DNA of 59,197 nucleotides, the filler included, from Catajapyx aquilonaris (Eukaryota): assembly GCA_000934665.2 (NCBI GenBank). It is 4 parts of 4 records of this genome, joined end to end, with 100 filler letters (N's around TTAATTAATTAA, not from the genome) between each part and the next. Parts side by side here need not be neighbours in the genome. Positions count along the whole stretch, not along the records: positions 44,478 to 59,197 come from JYFJ02007706.1; 3 more parts are not named here. One strand, written 5' to 3'. The translations under genes and the position numbers were made by a program. Below are positions 45,200 to 57,739 of the stretch, in pieces (the stretch's first letter is position 1; each line of letters opens with the position of its first letter). The notes under the pieces were generated by a model. That model was given only the letters and a program-made list of their open reading frames with translations. It had not been told where the DNA came from and ran no database searches.

Positions 45200-47086
45200 T
45201 CAGAGATGTGGCGGTGGACCTTCCCACGACACACTTGCATCTGGCCACCTGCCAAAATGCCAAAAGATTAAGGGACCACATCGTAACATTTCATATCTCA
45301 CTAAATGTGAAAGAATACATATGAATGCATTTTTACAGAGATACTGGCCAGTCTTCCACCAGTTGCAAGGAGAGATGTTGTTAAATAATGTAAAAAAATA
45401 CCATTATTTTCATCCAGATACAATTTGAAAAAATTCTTAATGAGACAAATGTGATGTTTCCTGTAAGAGATTATGATGATGAACATTGTAAATCCATGCA
45501 AATTTGGGTTAGTGTGTTTGAATGATCCCACACTGTAATATGATGTATCATTGGACTGTACTTATTACGGGGAGGATGACTTGGAAACTTGCATGACTGA
45601 TTCCATTACACACCTATTCTCAATGATATAATCATGCTCCATACAAGAGGAAACAAACTTCATTAATTTTCAATTTATCTGCAGGTAGTTACCACAACAT
45701 GGTTGTGATTGTATAATTTCCATCTTGTGCCGTAAAAGGGGAAATGTAGCATGTGTACAAGAAAATCATTGTCATAATTGTTAGTGCCAAATAATGATTT
45801 TGCAAATGAGTCTGACCTGGTTTGAATCAGCAGTTCCATGAGCAGCGGCTCCCTGTTTTCCTCCTCCTCCTCTTGATCATCATTGTCCTGGTATCCTCCT
45901 CCACCTCTTGTGTCCACAGTCAGGACTGTTTGCTCCCCCAGATCTGGCTCAGCCCTTCCTGCAGTATAGAATAGCAGCTGGAAGCAGTTCTCTGCTCTGT
46001 GGTGTCTGAGCAAATGTCTCCGAGTACTGAACACTACTGCCGTGGCCATGCTGGATGGGTCCACTGCCATCCATATGGGAAGGTTTGGTGTCCTGAGCCT
46101 GGCAGACACACGGCAGGAAGCATCTCCAGGCATCCGGCTATCATACAGGAGGAGGCCAATGTCACTCCGGGCCTGACCTCCAACCCCTTGGAAGCTAGGG
46201 GAGGCACAGCCAGTCACAAATAGGCTGACAAGGGACAGGGAAGTGTCACGCTTGCCCGAGGTCAGGTGGCCTGGCATGCCCATGTCCTCCTTCACCCTGG
46301 AAATACAACACAGCATTTTACCCACATCCATGTGGCCCTGACATTGGCATGACTCACTTGTCCAAGCCACGTGACAGCAGTGCAGAGTACAGGAGAAGCA
46401 GATATCCAGGTGCCTCTTTCTTCTGGAGCTGTTGCAAAGAGAAAAGCAGCAAAACTGACAAAATTTGAACAGTGTCCTCCAAATTCATTACTTAAATTGT
46501 ACAGATACACATATTCTTTTATGTTGTGTGCATGAATAGTTTCTGTAAGATGCAATTTAGTGTGAAAGGAGGCTCACCAAATGTATATATCGTTGCAGAT
46601 AAGATGTTGCTTCTTCCAGGGTTTCAAAGTGAAAAGCAAACAATTCGGTGTCTCCGTCACATTCTGGATTTTCTTTGTCAATGTCCATTACAACGGTGCA
46701 CCTCTTCCCTTCGCCAGCCCCCCACAATATGTGGGCCATGGCAACGGCTAAAGAATCTCTCTGCTTTCCCTGGGACGGCTGCAGCAACCTTTCCTCATCC
46801 TCATCTCCGTCTTCGCCTCCAAAGAGCAAGAAGCGCAGCATGTGTGCCTGCAATGCAAGCGTTACCAGTCGCATTGCAGGTGCCCTGGGCGGCGAGATCA
46901 GTCCATAGGCTGTCTGCGATCCAGGTGGCCTCATCTTCAAGGGAGTGGACAGCCATTCCAGACGGGGCGGCAGGCCACCAAAGACAAGATGGCGGAGACT
47001 TTGTTGCTGCTCGTCGGAGATTGGCTCTCCTCCTTCCGGGGCCGGTGGGGACGGACCTCGTGGGGGGCGAGGGTAAATTACCTTTC
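45200..47086 (-). CDS. MINDY4B: MINDY4B-like inactive deubiquitinase (DUF4205); exons 47086-46578, 46428-46358, 46296-45817, 45248-45200; 5' end unresolved
   Basis: PIS...LRHLVFG..EW, YGL....LALQAHMLRFLLF, AHILW.AG, GYLLLLYSALLSRG, LV.L.VTG.A, RSDIGLL, V..RLRTP.LPIW and MELLIQTR|WPDASVSWEG. Introns are GT-AG and phase-consistent. Confidence 0.8.
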
Positions 47087-49108
47087 CTACAAATAGGTAG
47101 TACGGGGTCGGGGTGGTAGCCTATCCCAGATTTTAGACTTGTATTACAACACACATCTGTACACAATACGGCCAACTTGTCCTGGAAGGAGGTCTGGCAC
47201 AGCTGGGGGTTGTCCCCAGTAGAAGTAGCAAGGCATTCTTCTGGCGTCTCACTCACAAACTTCTTTACTTTTGGCTGAGGAAACCTCAAACTATGTAAGG
47301 ATATAATCACATCTGGCAATTACTCATTATTTTCACCAAATATTGGAACTGCTATTTGCAGGGGCACCAAAATAAATTGTAGCATCCGGTGCACTTTATA
47401 TAGAACAAGGATTCCAACCATTCGTGAGTGACCTTTGAACCAACTATCTAGAAAGCACCACTTGTCAGCTGGTAAGTGCACTACCTGCACTTGCGGTGAG
47501 TTGCCTGATGTCTTGTTTATGGTTATGGCCTGTACCGGTTGTAACTATTGAGTGGAAGCAATTAAGTGCACTGATAGCTTCTCTACAAGTCATTGCTCCT
47601 AGCATGTGTGCCTTGCTTTTCATGGCTTCATAGACCTGCCTCCCCGCAGCTCATATTCCATTAATCACAGGAAAAAAAGCGTGCCGTGCAAAGTGTCCTC
47701 GACAAGTCAGGCATCAAATCAAAACCCATGTTTTGATGGCAGCTACAATAATCAACAACCCACCTCCCGAGAGCGACAGAAGCGTATCCAATTTTTAAAA
47801 TCTTATGTAATGAAGGTGGTGGAGAGGAGAAAAAGTTTGGAGGCATAACAATCTCTTGCCCTCCGTGTCACTCCGTGTCTCCCACGTCGGGTAATTACCT
47901 TCTCCTCCGCCCCCTCCCCATTATTCCATTCCCCCCTTCAGATTCCCCCCAGTTTCAATTTCCCAAGGGGGGAAAATAGGCGGTGCTTTTGAGGGGATGG
48001 ATGGGATTTTATCCACCTGGATGGAGATGGGGGTGGAGGGCAGGAGGGAAAAAATGGGCAGATATAGGTCCGAGATAAGGTTGATTGATTGGGGTTGTTT
48101 GGTTGGCGCTTTGTTTGAACTCACCAGTTTTTGTGGCGGCTGCGGCCATGGCCACAGTCCTGGCCAAGGCTGCCAGGCGGCGGCTGGGAGGATGGCCATC
48201 TCGAGGCTTAGGGGTCACACTCTAAATTTCAAAACAAGTAAGTTACACTACATGGCAATGAATGTTATGCAACTTTCCGGACAATGCTAAGAACTTTTTG
48301 CCCAAGCTTTTCCATCTGTTTTCTGTAATTGACTACAGTTCCGTTCACTTCTTCCATTTGTTTTATTGCCTCACCTGGTCCGAATTCCCATCATTTTGGA
48401 GTTGGCGTGCAAGTTCTTTGGCAAAATGCTGCTATTTGAATATCCCGTCATTTAGCAAGATTCCTGGCATTTATCTAAGCCAAGAAGTCCAGTCTTAGGC
48501 AATGCGACGTGATTTATATTGAATACGTAACTTATGCGAATTACTACCAACCAAGACATCTATCTCTAGAGCACCCCCTTGCTTTGAAATCCATTTGGCT
48601 CGACAGATTGACTTGCTTATTACCCAGAATTGATACCGTGAAATTAAGCCTTCATTGATTGTCCTCACCCCTCATTCAAAAAGCTCCCCATTTACCCTCC
48701 CTCCTTGCCTTATTTTCCCATAAAGTTGTACCAGGTAGTGACTGTCCCCCTGCACTCCTCCCCCGCCCAACCAAATGATACGCCACATGAAGGGCCTTAA
48801 CCCTCCCTACCCCCCTCATGCACACACCACTCACCATTTTCTGCCTGCTTACTCTCTGCTGCCGTGCTCACAACTGAAAGTCCCTCTTCATCCACGACCC
48901 CCATATATTCAACTTCCCCCCCCCCTTCTATCAAACTCCCCCATCTCACAGCGCTACCAACCCTAGACCAATCCATGCCCTTTGGATACCAAAACCTGTG
49001 AAATTAACAACTGGTAGAGGAAAGCCTGTGGGATCCAATTATAGTTGCATTGATGGAGCTTTTTTTTTTACTCCTTTATGACAAGTCAAAGACATGATTG
49101 GCACACCT

Positions 49109-50278
49109 TTAGGTCTTTGGGGCAAAGAAGGCGGAGATGGATTTAGTGCCCTTGGCCGCCTTAGCCATCGCCTTAGCCTTGGCCGCTGCCTTTGGCGGCT
49201 TTTTCTGCATTTTCTCAGGCGGTGTGTCCTCAAAGTACTTGGACTTCTTTTCTGTCGGTTCACTTGCTGGTTCACTAGTGGCCTGAGCTGCTTTGCGTTT
49301 CAAAGGTGGCATCTCCTCATTCAGGCCAAGCTCTAAAGACAGTTTCGAGGACAATGCTTCCATTAAATATTCACTCACAAGTCCACAGGCAAGCCTCAAG
49401 TTGGCCTTTGGATCCTGGACATCATTCTGGGTCCTGACGTAAGTGGCCGACACACTTCCATCCCCACATATTAGGGATTTTGAGTCCAGTGCTGAGGTCA
49501 CATGCCGCACTTTGCCCAAGAGCCATGACATAGTTTTGCTCTCATTGTAGGCAAATGCCTTCAGATCTTCATCGCCCTTCTGGTCCGCTATCAACGCCAG
49601 TCGCTTCGTCAAATTGGGAATGTTCATGAGCCGGGAAGCCGCTGGGAAAGCCTTGTCTATTAGGAGCTGATCTAGCGGAACTGTCCGTGACATCTGAAAA
49701 TGGAAAAGCAGATGTAATCTCCCTAATATCTGGACACAAATGAGGCACTTTGCCGCTAAATATAAAACATCCCAAATTAAAGTAATTTTTTGAATCTTCA
49801 CCCAGGCTCTCACGGCCCTGACCTAAATCCATGATCACCTTTATCATGTATCCTATGATAATAAAAAGCGGGTCCATCGGCGTGCAAACCAGCATGCTTC
49901 CATCCGAATGTACGCTCTCTCCAAACATCCACGAGCGCTGTCCATCCTCAAACTTAAGCACCTCCTGGATCCCGGCATCACCAGGTGTGAACATAAACAG
50001 CGCCCCCTTCCCAGTCCTCGGGTGACGAAGCGGCACCACCGCAGGGCAGCTCCCGTCATCCTTCGACATCACCGCATCCTCTGAAAATATGTGTCAAGTG
50101 TCAATACAAGAAGCTAAAGTTTGTTGCTATTTTAAAAGCAGGTTGCTGATGGTCGACAACAGTTTTTGGGTTTGGCAATGCCACTGTCTAATTTTTGAAT
50201 TTATTGATATTTGCAGGCTGCTCAGAGCCAAACTAACTTACTCTGGACCAGGAACACATGCTTCTTGGGCTCACTCAT
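49109..50278 (-). CDS. RNASEH2B: Ribonuclease H2 subunit B; exons 50278-50242, 50080-49839, 49693-49109
   Basis: HVFLV, LRHPRTG, QEV..F....RSW.....V.SDG....TPMDPLF, YNESKTMSWL..KV, ACGLVSEYL and the C-terminal PIP box KGTKSISAFF. Confidence 0.95.
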
Positions 50279-51138
50279 GCTGTCCTTTCTTCTCACTTCT
50301 CAGTCAGCAGAGCCCGCGAACTTGTCTGTCTGTCCGTTTGTTTGCGTCGATTGTAGTAGCAGTTGAATCGATACTATCGCGCTCAGCTTTAATTTGGGCG
50401 GGAAAAAAAGGAACTTGATGGATGAGGGGGTTGGTAGACCTTTTCTTATCCGGATTTTCTCTTCCTGGTGGTTTCCTCTTATCGCAAGGTGCGATGACAC
50501 ACCCCCGCAGTTTGATCAATTTCTGTCCGGAATTGATTGAGTGAGTCAACTTTTTGTTTGATGGGGGGTGAAGAGACCACGGGAGGGCAACTGTTGAAAA
50601 GGAGGGACAAAAGAAGGGGATAAAAGTGGCCCACTCTTGGCGTATAAAGGAGGAACTGAATTGTAGCGTGCAGGGTTTTTCCTTGTGCAACTTTGACCTC
50701 CACTATACAGAGGGTGTGCAAATATGTCACCAAATGGCCTTTTCTGTCAAATGGTTCAAAATTTATAATTATATTTAAAAAACGATTCAAAAAAGAAAAC
50801 ATCCTAGAACCTTCACCTGCATAATAGTCGCCACAATTCAACTGAGCACGTTTGTCGTTCTTAGTACACGGAATATTATGCAGAGACAATGGAATTAGTA
50901 ACAAACCTCATCCTTTGAACAAGTAGTTTTTAAAACAATATATTTCCTCTAATGTTGTTGCCTGGAATTCCAAACTATCCCGAGAATCATCCTGTCTGGA
51001 TAGTGCACCTTGAGGCAAGGAATGTATCCGTTATCGATAAATCAATTTTGATCGTTGTTTATATTGCTTCGGGGTATTTATTCGCAATGACTGGTTGGAA
51101 CCATCGAACTATATGAAGTCCTGCAATGCTATACCAGG

Positions 51139-51249
51139 GTATAAATGAATTCCTATCATATAGCTACTACTAAACTAGACCTTGTGGAGGGATCATCATT
51201 CTAGTCCTTCCACAAGGTCTAGTAGTTTCTGGTAGGAATTCATTTACAC
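51139..51249. repeat. Hairpin MITE-like inverted repeat
   Basis: GT(A/G)TAAATGAATTCCTA..ACTAGACCTTGTGGA(G/A)GGA and its reverse complement. Confidence 0.7.
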
Positions 51250-52568
51250 TGAATAATCACGTAATTTCGAGTTATGAGGATTTGAAGATTTTTGTGCTGA
51301 ACAAGTTTCCACTTATTCCAATTATTGGTTGACAGGAGCGACTTCTCCCTATCATATAGGTTTCATTGCATCATATTGTTATTATTTTCCCTGACATTTC
51401 ACCAACACTCGTTGGCCTATGTGCCTTCATCTTTGTGTTGAAATCATTTTTATTCGCAATATAATGTCACACTAATGTGTAACATATATCTTCATGGACA
51501 TGAAGGTATAGGGACAGTCCTTTTTGCACACTAGCACTTGCATGTCAATTCGACTCATGTTAAAGGTCATTTGACATTCATTATGTAGGCCTACTGTTTG
51601 ATGCACCTTTATGCTAATTTGTCCAGCCTTTGTGCAACCCACATTTCCTGCGGAGTTGGTGATAACTCAAAGTGATTGGAACAATAACGTAATTACTGCA
51701 CCAACACGCTCTTGGTAATGATTCGGCACTGTAATTACAGTGAAAAAATGGCTGTGACGGGAATTTAATACTCGCTCTGCAGTTCTCGCATGTAATGGGC
51801 TCATCCAATCTATTTTTACAGTAGCATCTCTATAAAGGCTTGGGTAATTGATTAATCTTCTTCGATTTACTTCTTTTTATTATTTTAGAATGGGTAAAAA
51901 CTTACGTAACAGTCGTCATAATAACTTTGATGACATCCTGCTTGACCCGAGTATTATTAATGAGTCTAATTTTCGTTCCCCATTTCTGCTAAAAATGTGA
52001 ACCCATTAGAGAAGATGGGATCACCACCATTCAAAGCCTGATTATTGCAGTAGCTGATTATCACAATTTTTTTAAAAAAGCATTCAAGGATCGCCTCCAA
52101 TCACTTCGACTAGGTAGGTCTATTTTTTTCTGTAAATCTGATAAAAACTGACACGAACACCCCTTGTTATTTCCGTCATCTTCAAACAAGAATCAACTAC
52201 CAACACGAAAAGCGCTTCAAAAATTCCCTGACATATCGGTACACAACCCGAATATTACTTTTGTATGACAGTATATTAAAAGTCAGATATAGAGGACCCA
52301 TCACGCAACCTCACATTGCCCATTATTCCAGCATGAAATTTTCTTCGCTTTGTTTGATCAATAGCCATTTTTGTTGACATGTCGTCGCGTCAAGATGCCA
52401 GTCCTAATAAACACTATGTGCAAAGTGCGACCTAATAAATGGCGGTATCCAAGGAAACGGCTTTACATTTCCAGAAAGTTCAGCACAGGATCGAAGAGGA
52501 ACGAAGGAGGACGCCCAGAAACAACCCAGTGGTCATATTTATTGGTATACAAAAATTAAGGTGCAACC

Positions 52569-55500
52569 ATGCTGAACAACCTGAAGAGCCGTCTACCACT
52601 TATCCCCGGATACAACTTCAATCTAAATGTAACAAACTATTTAAGTATTTTCTTCAACTTGGCCTGACTTTTTTTGATTATTTTCCAGCCGGGTCAAACC
52701 CGCTTCCATAAGCCGCACCATTTCGATTTCCACAATGCCGTGCCCATGCACACTGACCGGGACCCACCCGGAACCATCGGGGACCAACCTCTTTCGTACC
52801 AGCAGAGGAGACGGATACAATGCGGAGTCCTGCCTCAAGGAGAAGGACCTGCAACCCCAGCTTGGGTTGCGTTTGACAAGCAGGTCAGTTGCACCTGTTA
52901 AATGAGTTTAATTTGGTAGGCCTAATATAAAATGAATGAAAATCCAGCCAGGACACTTTTTCTGTCAGGACAAAGCGATGCAACCGTAAGTGGATGCAAT
53001 GCTATACTCGTTTTTCGGTCGCAGGTGCTGCGGTTCTGCGGATATTTCCAAGAGCCTGTGCACGATTCGCGTGTGGAAGACTTCCGCGTGCGGCACTGCA
53101 AAGTGCTCTTCTTCCTGGAGGACGAGACTGTTCGAGTGGATGAGCCCAGGTGTACTAACAGTGGCATTCCCCAAGGTAAGAGCATCAATCCGTGGGGAAA
53201 ATAAGTTTCGACCATGTAGTGATGGTGTTTCGTTTGCGATACAGGAACATTGATCAGAAGGCATCGCATGAGAAGGGCTCCCCCGTTTGATGACGAGTAC
53301 TTCTGTATAGAGGACTTCAACGTGGGCGTTGACGTCCACATGTACGGTCGACGGATCAAACTCATCTCATGCGACACTTTTACCAGGAACTTCCTACAAA
53401 AGCTGGGCATTCCAGTTGGAGAAGACAGCCCTCCTCCTGAAGACCCTTTCAGTACACACCGCGCAAAGGTAGGACACTACAGGACATTTTACTTAGCAGG
53501 GAAGTCTGTACATCTTCTAATTCTCAGTTGGACGAGAGGATGCAGCCTCTGAAGCCCTCGTTCCGCGTGGACACCCTAGGACAGTTCCTGAGGCACGACG
53601 GCCACGTCCTCCGCTTCTGGGGATACTGGGACGACCCGGCGGTGCCCGGAGACCCTGTCCGAGAGTTGGTCATCCACTACTTCCTCTCGGACGACACCAT
53701 CGAGATCAGGGAGGTTGTCCAGCCCAACAGCGGACGAGACACCTTCCCAGTGTTCGTGAAGAAGGACAGACTCCCCAAGACCGTTCCCCCTGTAGGATGG
53801 CCAGGGGACAACACCAAGATCATCAACCTGAATGTGCTGAACCAGCTCCCCCTGCAGGACCGCGCAGCACAATCAGCCTTCGTGGCAGATAAGTACTACC
53901 ATGACAAGGACCTCATGATCGGATGCTGGATCAACGCTTGGGGTCGGAAGATTCTCCTGACAGATTGCGACAATTTCACTAAGGAGTATTACAGGCAGAA
54001 GTACGGCGTCGGTAAGTTGCATAACCAGAGACAATGCGTCGAAAGACATTTGGGTTCATTGGAAGAGATGTCTCGAGGTTGATGGGGACGAATCCTTGCA
54101 CACTCTCATTTTCGGCTGATACACATCATTTTGCGCAGTTGACTTTACCCCGGGAGAGATACCCGACAGACGAGCACCTCCGTTCGGCCCTCGAGAGGTG
54201 CCGCCGTACAACGGGTTCGGCTCGGAGGAGGACTCGAGGGCCAACTGCCTCCATGTCATTCCCAAGGCTCCTACCAAGGAGCCCCACCTGTTCTACCTGA
54301 AGGACCGCCAAGGATGGGAGTCCAACGTGCTCAGGTTCCACTGCAAGATGGTGGCCGAGCATCCAGTCAATGTGGACAGGCGCTTCATCATCTCGTACTT
54401 CCTCTCGGACGACACCATCACCGTCTACGAGCCCACGGTTCGCAACTCTGGTAAGTTATGGAAGCTCTGCCGTCCCAAGGAGAAACACCCTATATGTCCA
54501 AAACTATTGTTAGGGTGAAGGTCGCGTGCGTGCTGCCCTGCACTAATCCCCCCTGACTCAGGAAGGATTAGTGCAGGGCATGCACGCGACTTTGATCCTT
54601 ACTATACCGGTAGTTGTGGAGATGAGGTGTTTCTCCTTGGGACGGCAGAGTTGGCTGGTTACAAGCATATCACCGATGCGATTCGCCCACAGGTCTCGCC
54701 GGAGGCGCGTTTTTGCACAGGGCCCGCGTGGAGAGGCCTGGTCAGGACATTATGGGCAGCAGACCACGTGACTACTACAACATTTATGACTTCTACGTGG
54801 GCGCCGTGGTGGACTTCAATGGATACAAGTTCAAGGTGCTCACTGCCGACGCGTACACATTCTCGTACATGGAGAAGAGATGCCATGAGTTCCCCTTCGC
54901 CAACTGGCGGGGGATACTGGAGAGGGTCCTGAAATGCCTCGGGGACACCTCCCTCTTCGACATGGCCAAAGTCTTCTTCCAGGAGGACACAGATTCTAGC
55001 GGACGAACCACATATGGTCGATTCCGGTGGGAAAACCCCAAGTTTACTCTCTCATTTTGTCTAATTTTTTTTATTTAAAAAAAAAGGATGGGATCTGTAA
55101 CAAGCCGGGGAGCTGTCCGATCGCTTACTGCAACCTGAATGCTATTTGGGAAGCAATTATACAGACAGTGCAAGCTATTACTTCAGATCGATGTAATTAA
55201 TCGGAATTGACTTGCTTACAGGGAAGTGGTATTGTGCTGCACGAAGAACGCCTTGATCGAGCACGAAATGATGACCATCGGCCGTAAATTTGCGGCTCCA
55301 AAGGCCGACAGGAATCTCACGAGTCACACACTCGCGTAAGTATCATGCACTCGATGCGCACATTCCTATATATACTTCTTGAATAGCTGACTTTTTTTTC
55401 TCATAATTCTTCGACAAACTGTACTACAACACATATTAATATTCCCCATTCTGACTGTTACTGACGAATCTTGGTTCACAGGGAGATTGCCCAGACGGAG

Positions 55501-56230
55501 CTGAGGAAGAACCTCTTCAACGGCTTCGACGTTTTCCTCCAATGCTTGCAGAACTACGACAAAGAAAATACAGGCTTGGTACCACGTCATGTCCTTCGCA
55601 ACATTACTCGAGGACAGCCTATACCGCTGGTGCCGGACCTGCAAGACCGTCTGATCGACGCTTTACCGGCTTCGGATGTCAACCCTGATTGCGTCGACTA
55701 CCGGGAATTTATCAAGTCCCTCAACTGGCAAGAGTGTCCTGCTGGTGTGGCCGCCCCATTCGAATACAAGGTACAGTTGTTGTTGTTTTAAAAAGGATCA
55801 CTATTATTAACACCACTTTCCAACTGTATAGCCATACCTCCGCAAACCTCAAAGCCCGATTGTGGTAGGTGTGTTCCAAATAATGTACACCGATTTCCTG
55901 CAAGCCCTTGGCTACGATGAGAAGCTAGTGCCGCCCATAACCGGCCGTAAAACGGACGTGTACCAGTTTCACGGACCCAAGAGGGACTGCATGTACGGCG
56001 GGCAGAACCTGTTCAAGCACCCTAAGGAAGAGACAGAAGTGCCTGGGAGTGTCATTCCCGAGCACGTCAGGCTGGAGCCTGATTGCCGTGACATTCAGCA
56101 GGAGGAAATCCCTGTCAAAGGGATCAGCAACCCCGGGGCACCTGAGGGAGACGGAAAGCCTGACCAGTGCCTGCCGCCCAGGTCGTCGGACATTTTGGCT
56201 GCTTGCAAGACCGACTCTTGCACCTACTAA
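52569..56230 (+). CDS. EFHC2: EF-hand domain-containing family member C2 (three DM10 domains); exons 52569-52628, 52689-52883, 53025-53175, 53245-53468, 53528-54011, 54139-54450, 54693-55026, 55222-55335, 55482-55770, 55832-56230
   Basis: LPLIPGYNF, PAWVAFDKQVLRF, NSGIPQGTLIRRHR, DTLGQFL..DGHVLRF, PPYNGFGSEEDS and FIISYFLSDDTI.VYEP..RNSG..GG.FL. All junctions are GT-AG and in phase. Confidence 0.94.
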
Positions 56231-56609
56231 GATATGTGCTGCTTGCTCCATTTACGTATAAGTGATTGACTACAACCTGTCTTGTCAGCTTCATTTTCGG
56301 AATCTGCTGGATAATTTCAGGAAAAAAAGAGCATGAGTTTTGCCGCAAGACATTTACTTCACTTTATAGATAACTTTACTGATGAGCTCGGCACTCAAAC
56401 TTATACACAATAAAGTTTTTGTACACTTTACAATATTGCACTTGCAGTTTACTCTAGTGAACGGAAGAACTTGGGAACAACAGTAGCAAAAGTATCAACT
56501 CACAACCATTAACTCAAACTTTCAACCAACAATAAGAGAACGGCCTTCAACAAGTATAAGGGCCAGCAATCTCGGATAACTCGATTGAAGATTAATCATA
56601 ACTGTTTAG

Positions 56610-57187
56610 CTACTTCTTAGCAAGAGATGGTGAAGACCACTTGTCGTGATACACCCCACGATGGTTTCCTGCTCTGCCAAACATTTCCTGGCGTGACCTC
56701 TCGCCCTCTGGGGTCACCTCACTGGCATTCGCCATCCTGCCAGTCGGTCTTGTGCCCACCCGCTGGGCCGATTCCTGACGCTCATCGTCGAGTTCGACGA
56801 TTGTCACTTGTGAGCCACTTGAGCTAATCTTCACAAATAATTTAACACTCTGTATATTCCAGTCTTGGAAAANCAGACACTATGTTTTAAATGGACCTAC
56901 CTCGTGTACATCGTCATCACCATCATATCCGTCCAACGGTTGCATTGTTGGGTAACCCCATCCAGCGAGCCTCCTACATGTCAACAAAATATCAAAATTA
57001 GTCAAAATTGAAAAATGCATTGAGAGTCAGCAATGCCTAACCTCCTTCTTGAATAATAAGGTCCAAGAGGATCATCCTGCTCATCGAGTGGCTCCCTGAT
57101 ATATTCCATCAAACTGGGGCGCCTCCTGCTGCGTCCCTGCGAAGTGGGGTACACTACGCCCCTCATAGGTCGTCGCTCATAGCTCAT
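56610..57187 (-). CDS. Small unknown, probably disordered protein (~145 aa); exons 57187-57042, 56973-56901, 56828-56610
   Basis: Three GC-richer segments join in frame through short GT-AG introns: MSYERRPMRGVVYP..YYSRRR|RLAGWGYP..DDVHE|ISSSGSQVTIVELDDE..SPSLAKK*. No family recognised. Confidence 0.55.
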
Positions 57188-57739
57188 CGCTGTAATAATA
57201 TCCCCCAAAAATTATGAAATAATACATTAATCTGCAGGCTCTACCGCGTACATTTACACCAGATGACAAAATGAGGTCAGTTACAAGTACACTTGAGCAC
57301 CATTGCACCAAGTCATAATCTTCCGATGCATAAAAACTATACTGCTTTCATTTATACTGCATGACCAGTCACACTCATCGCACACTCATCGCCTAGGTAG
57401 TGGTTACCACGGTTTTTCACTTTACATGTTCAACTCATTTTTACATAGATTTTACATAGTTTTATATGGTTTTTTGTATATTTATATGTGTGTATTGTGC
57501 GTGTGTTTGTGTATCTGTATGTATTCATGTCATCCTTTTCATTATCATCCTATTCATTATATCCTCTGCGTGGCCTGACCAGTCACCAGAGGATTCATTA
57601 TACTGGTCGTTCGAGATGGCCAGGTGGACTGTTCCTACCTGGTCATCGCTGGTAACCCCATCTTGATGGGAATATGCCGTGAAGGAAATGTATGTATGTA
57701 TGTATGTATGTATGTTCAACAATTAATAGAGGAGATGTA

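Noticed and set aside
46526..47319. ORFs 46526-47119 (+) and 46801-47319 (-)
   Set aside because: Alternative frames over MINDY4B-like exons.
47860..48970. G/C-skewed tracts between MINDY4B-like and RNASEH2B
   Set aside because: No termini, TSD or coding signal could be defined, so left unannotated.
3223..56230. Apparent ciliary/sensory gene cluster (TMEM216, two IRs, EFHC2)
   Set aside because: The genes are on four different contigs joined by artificial linkers.
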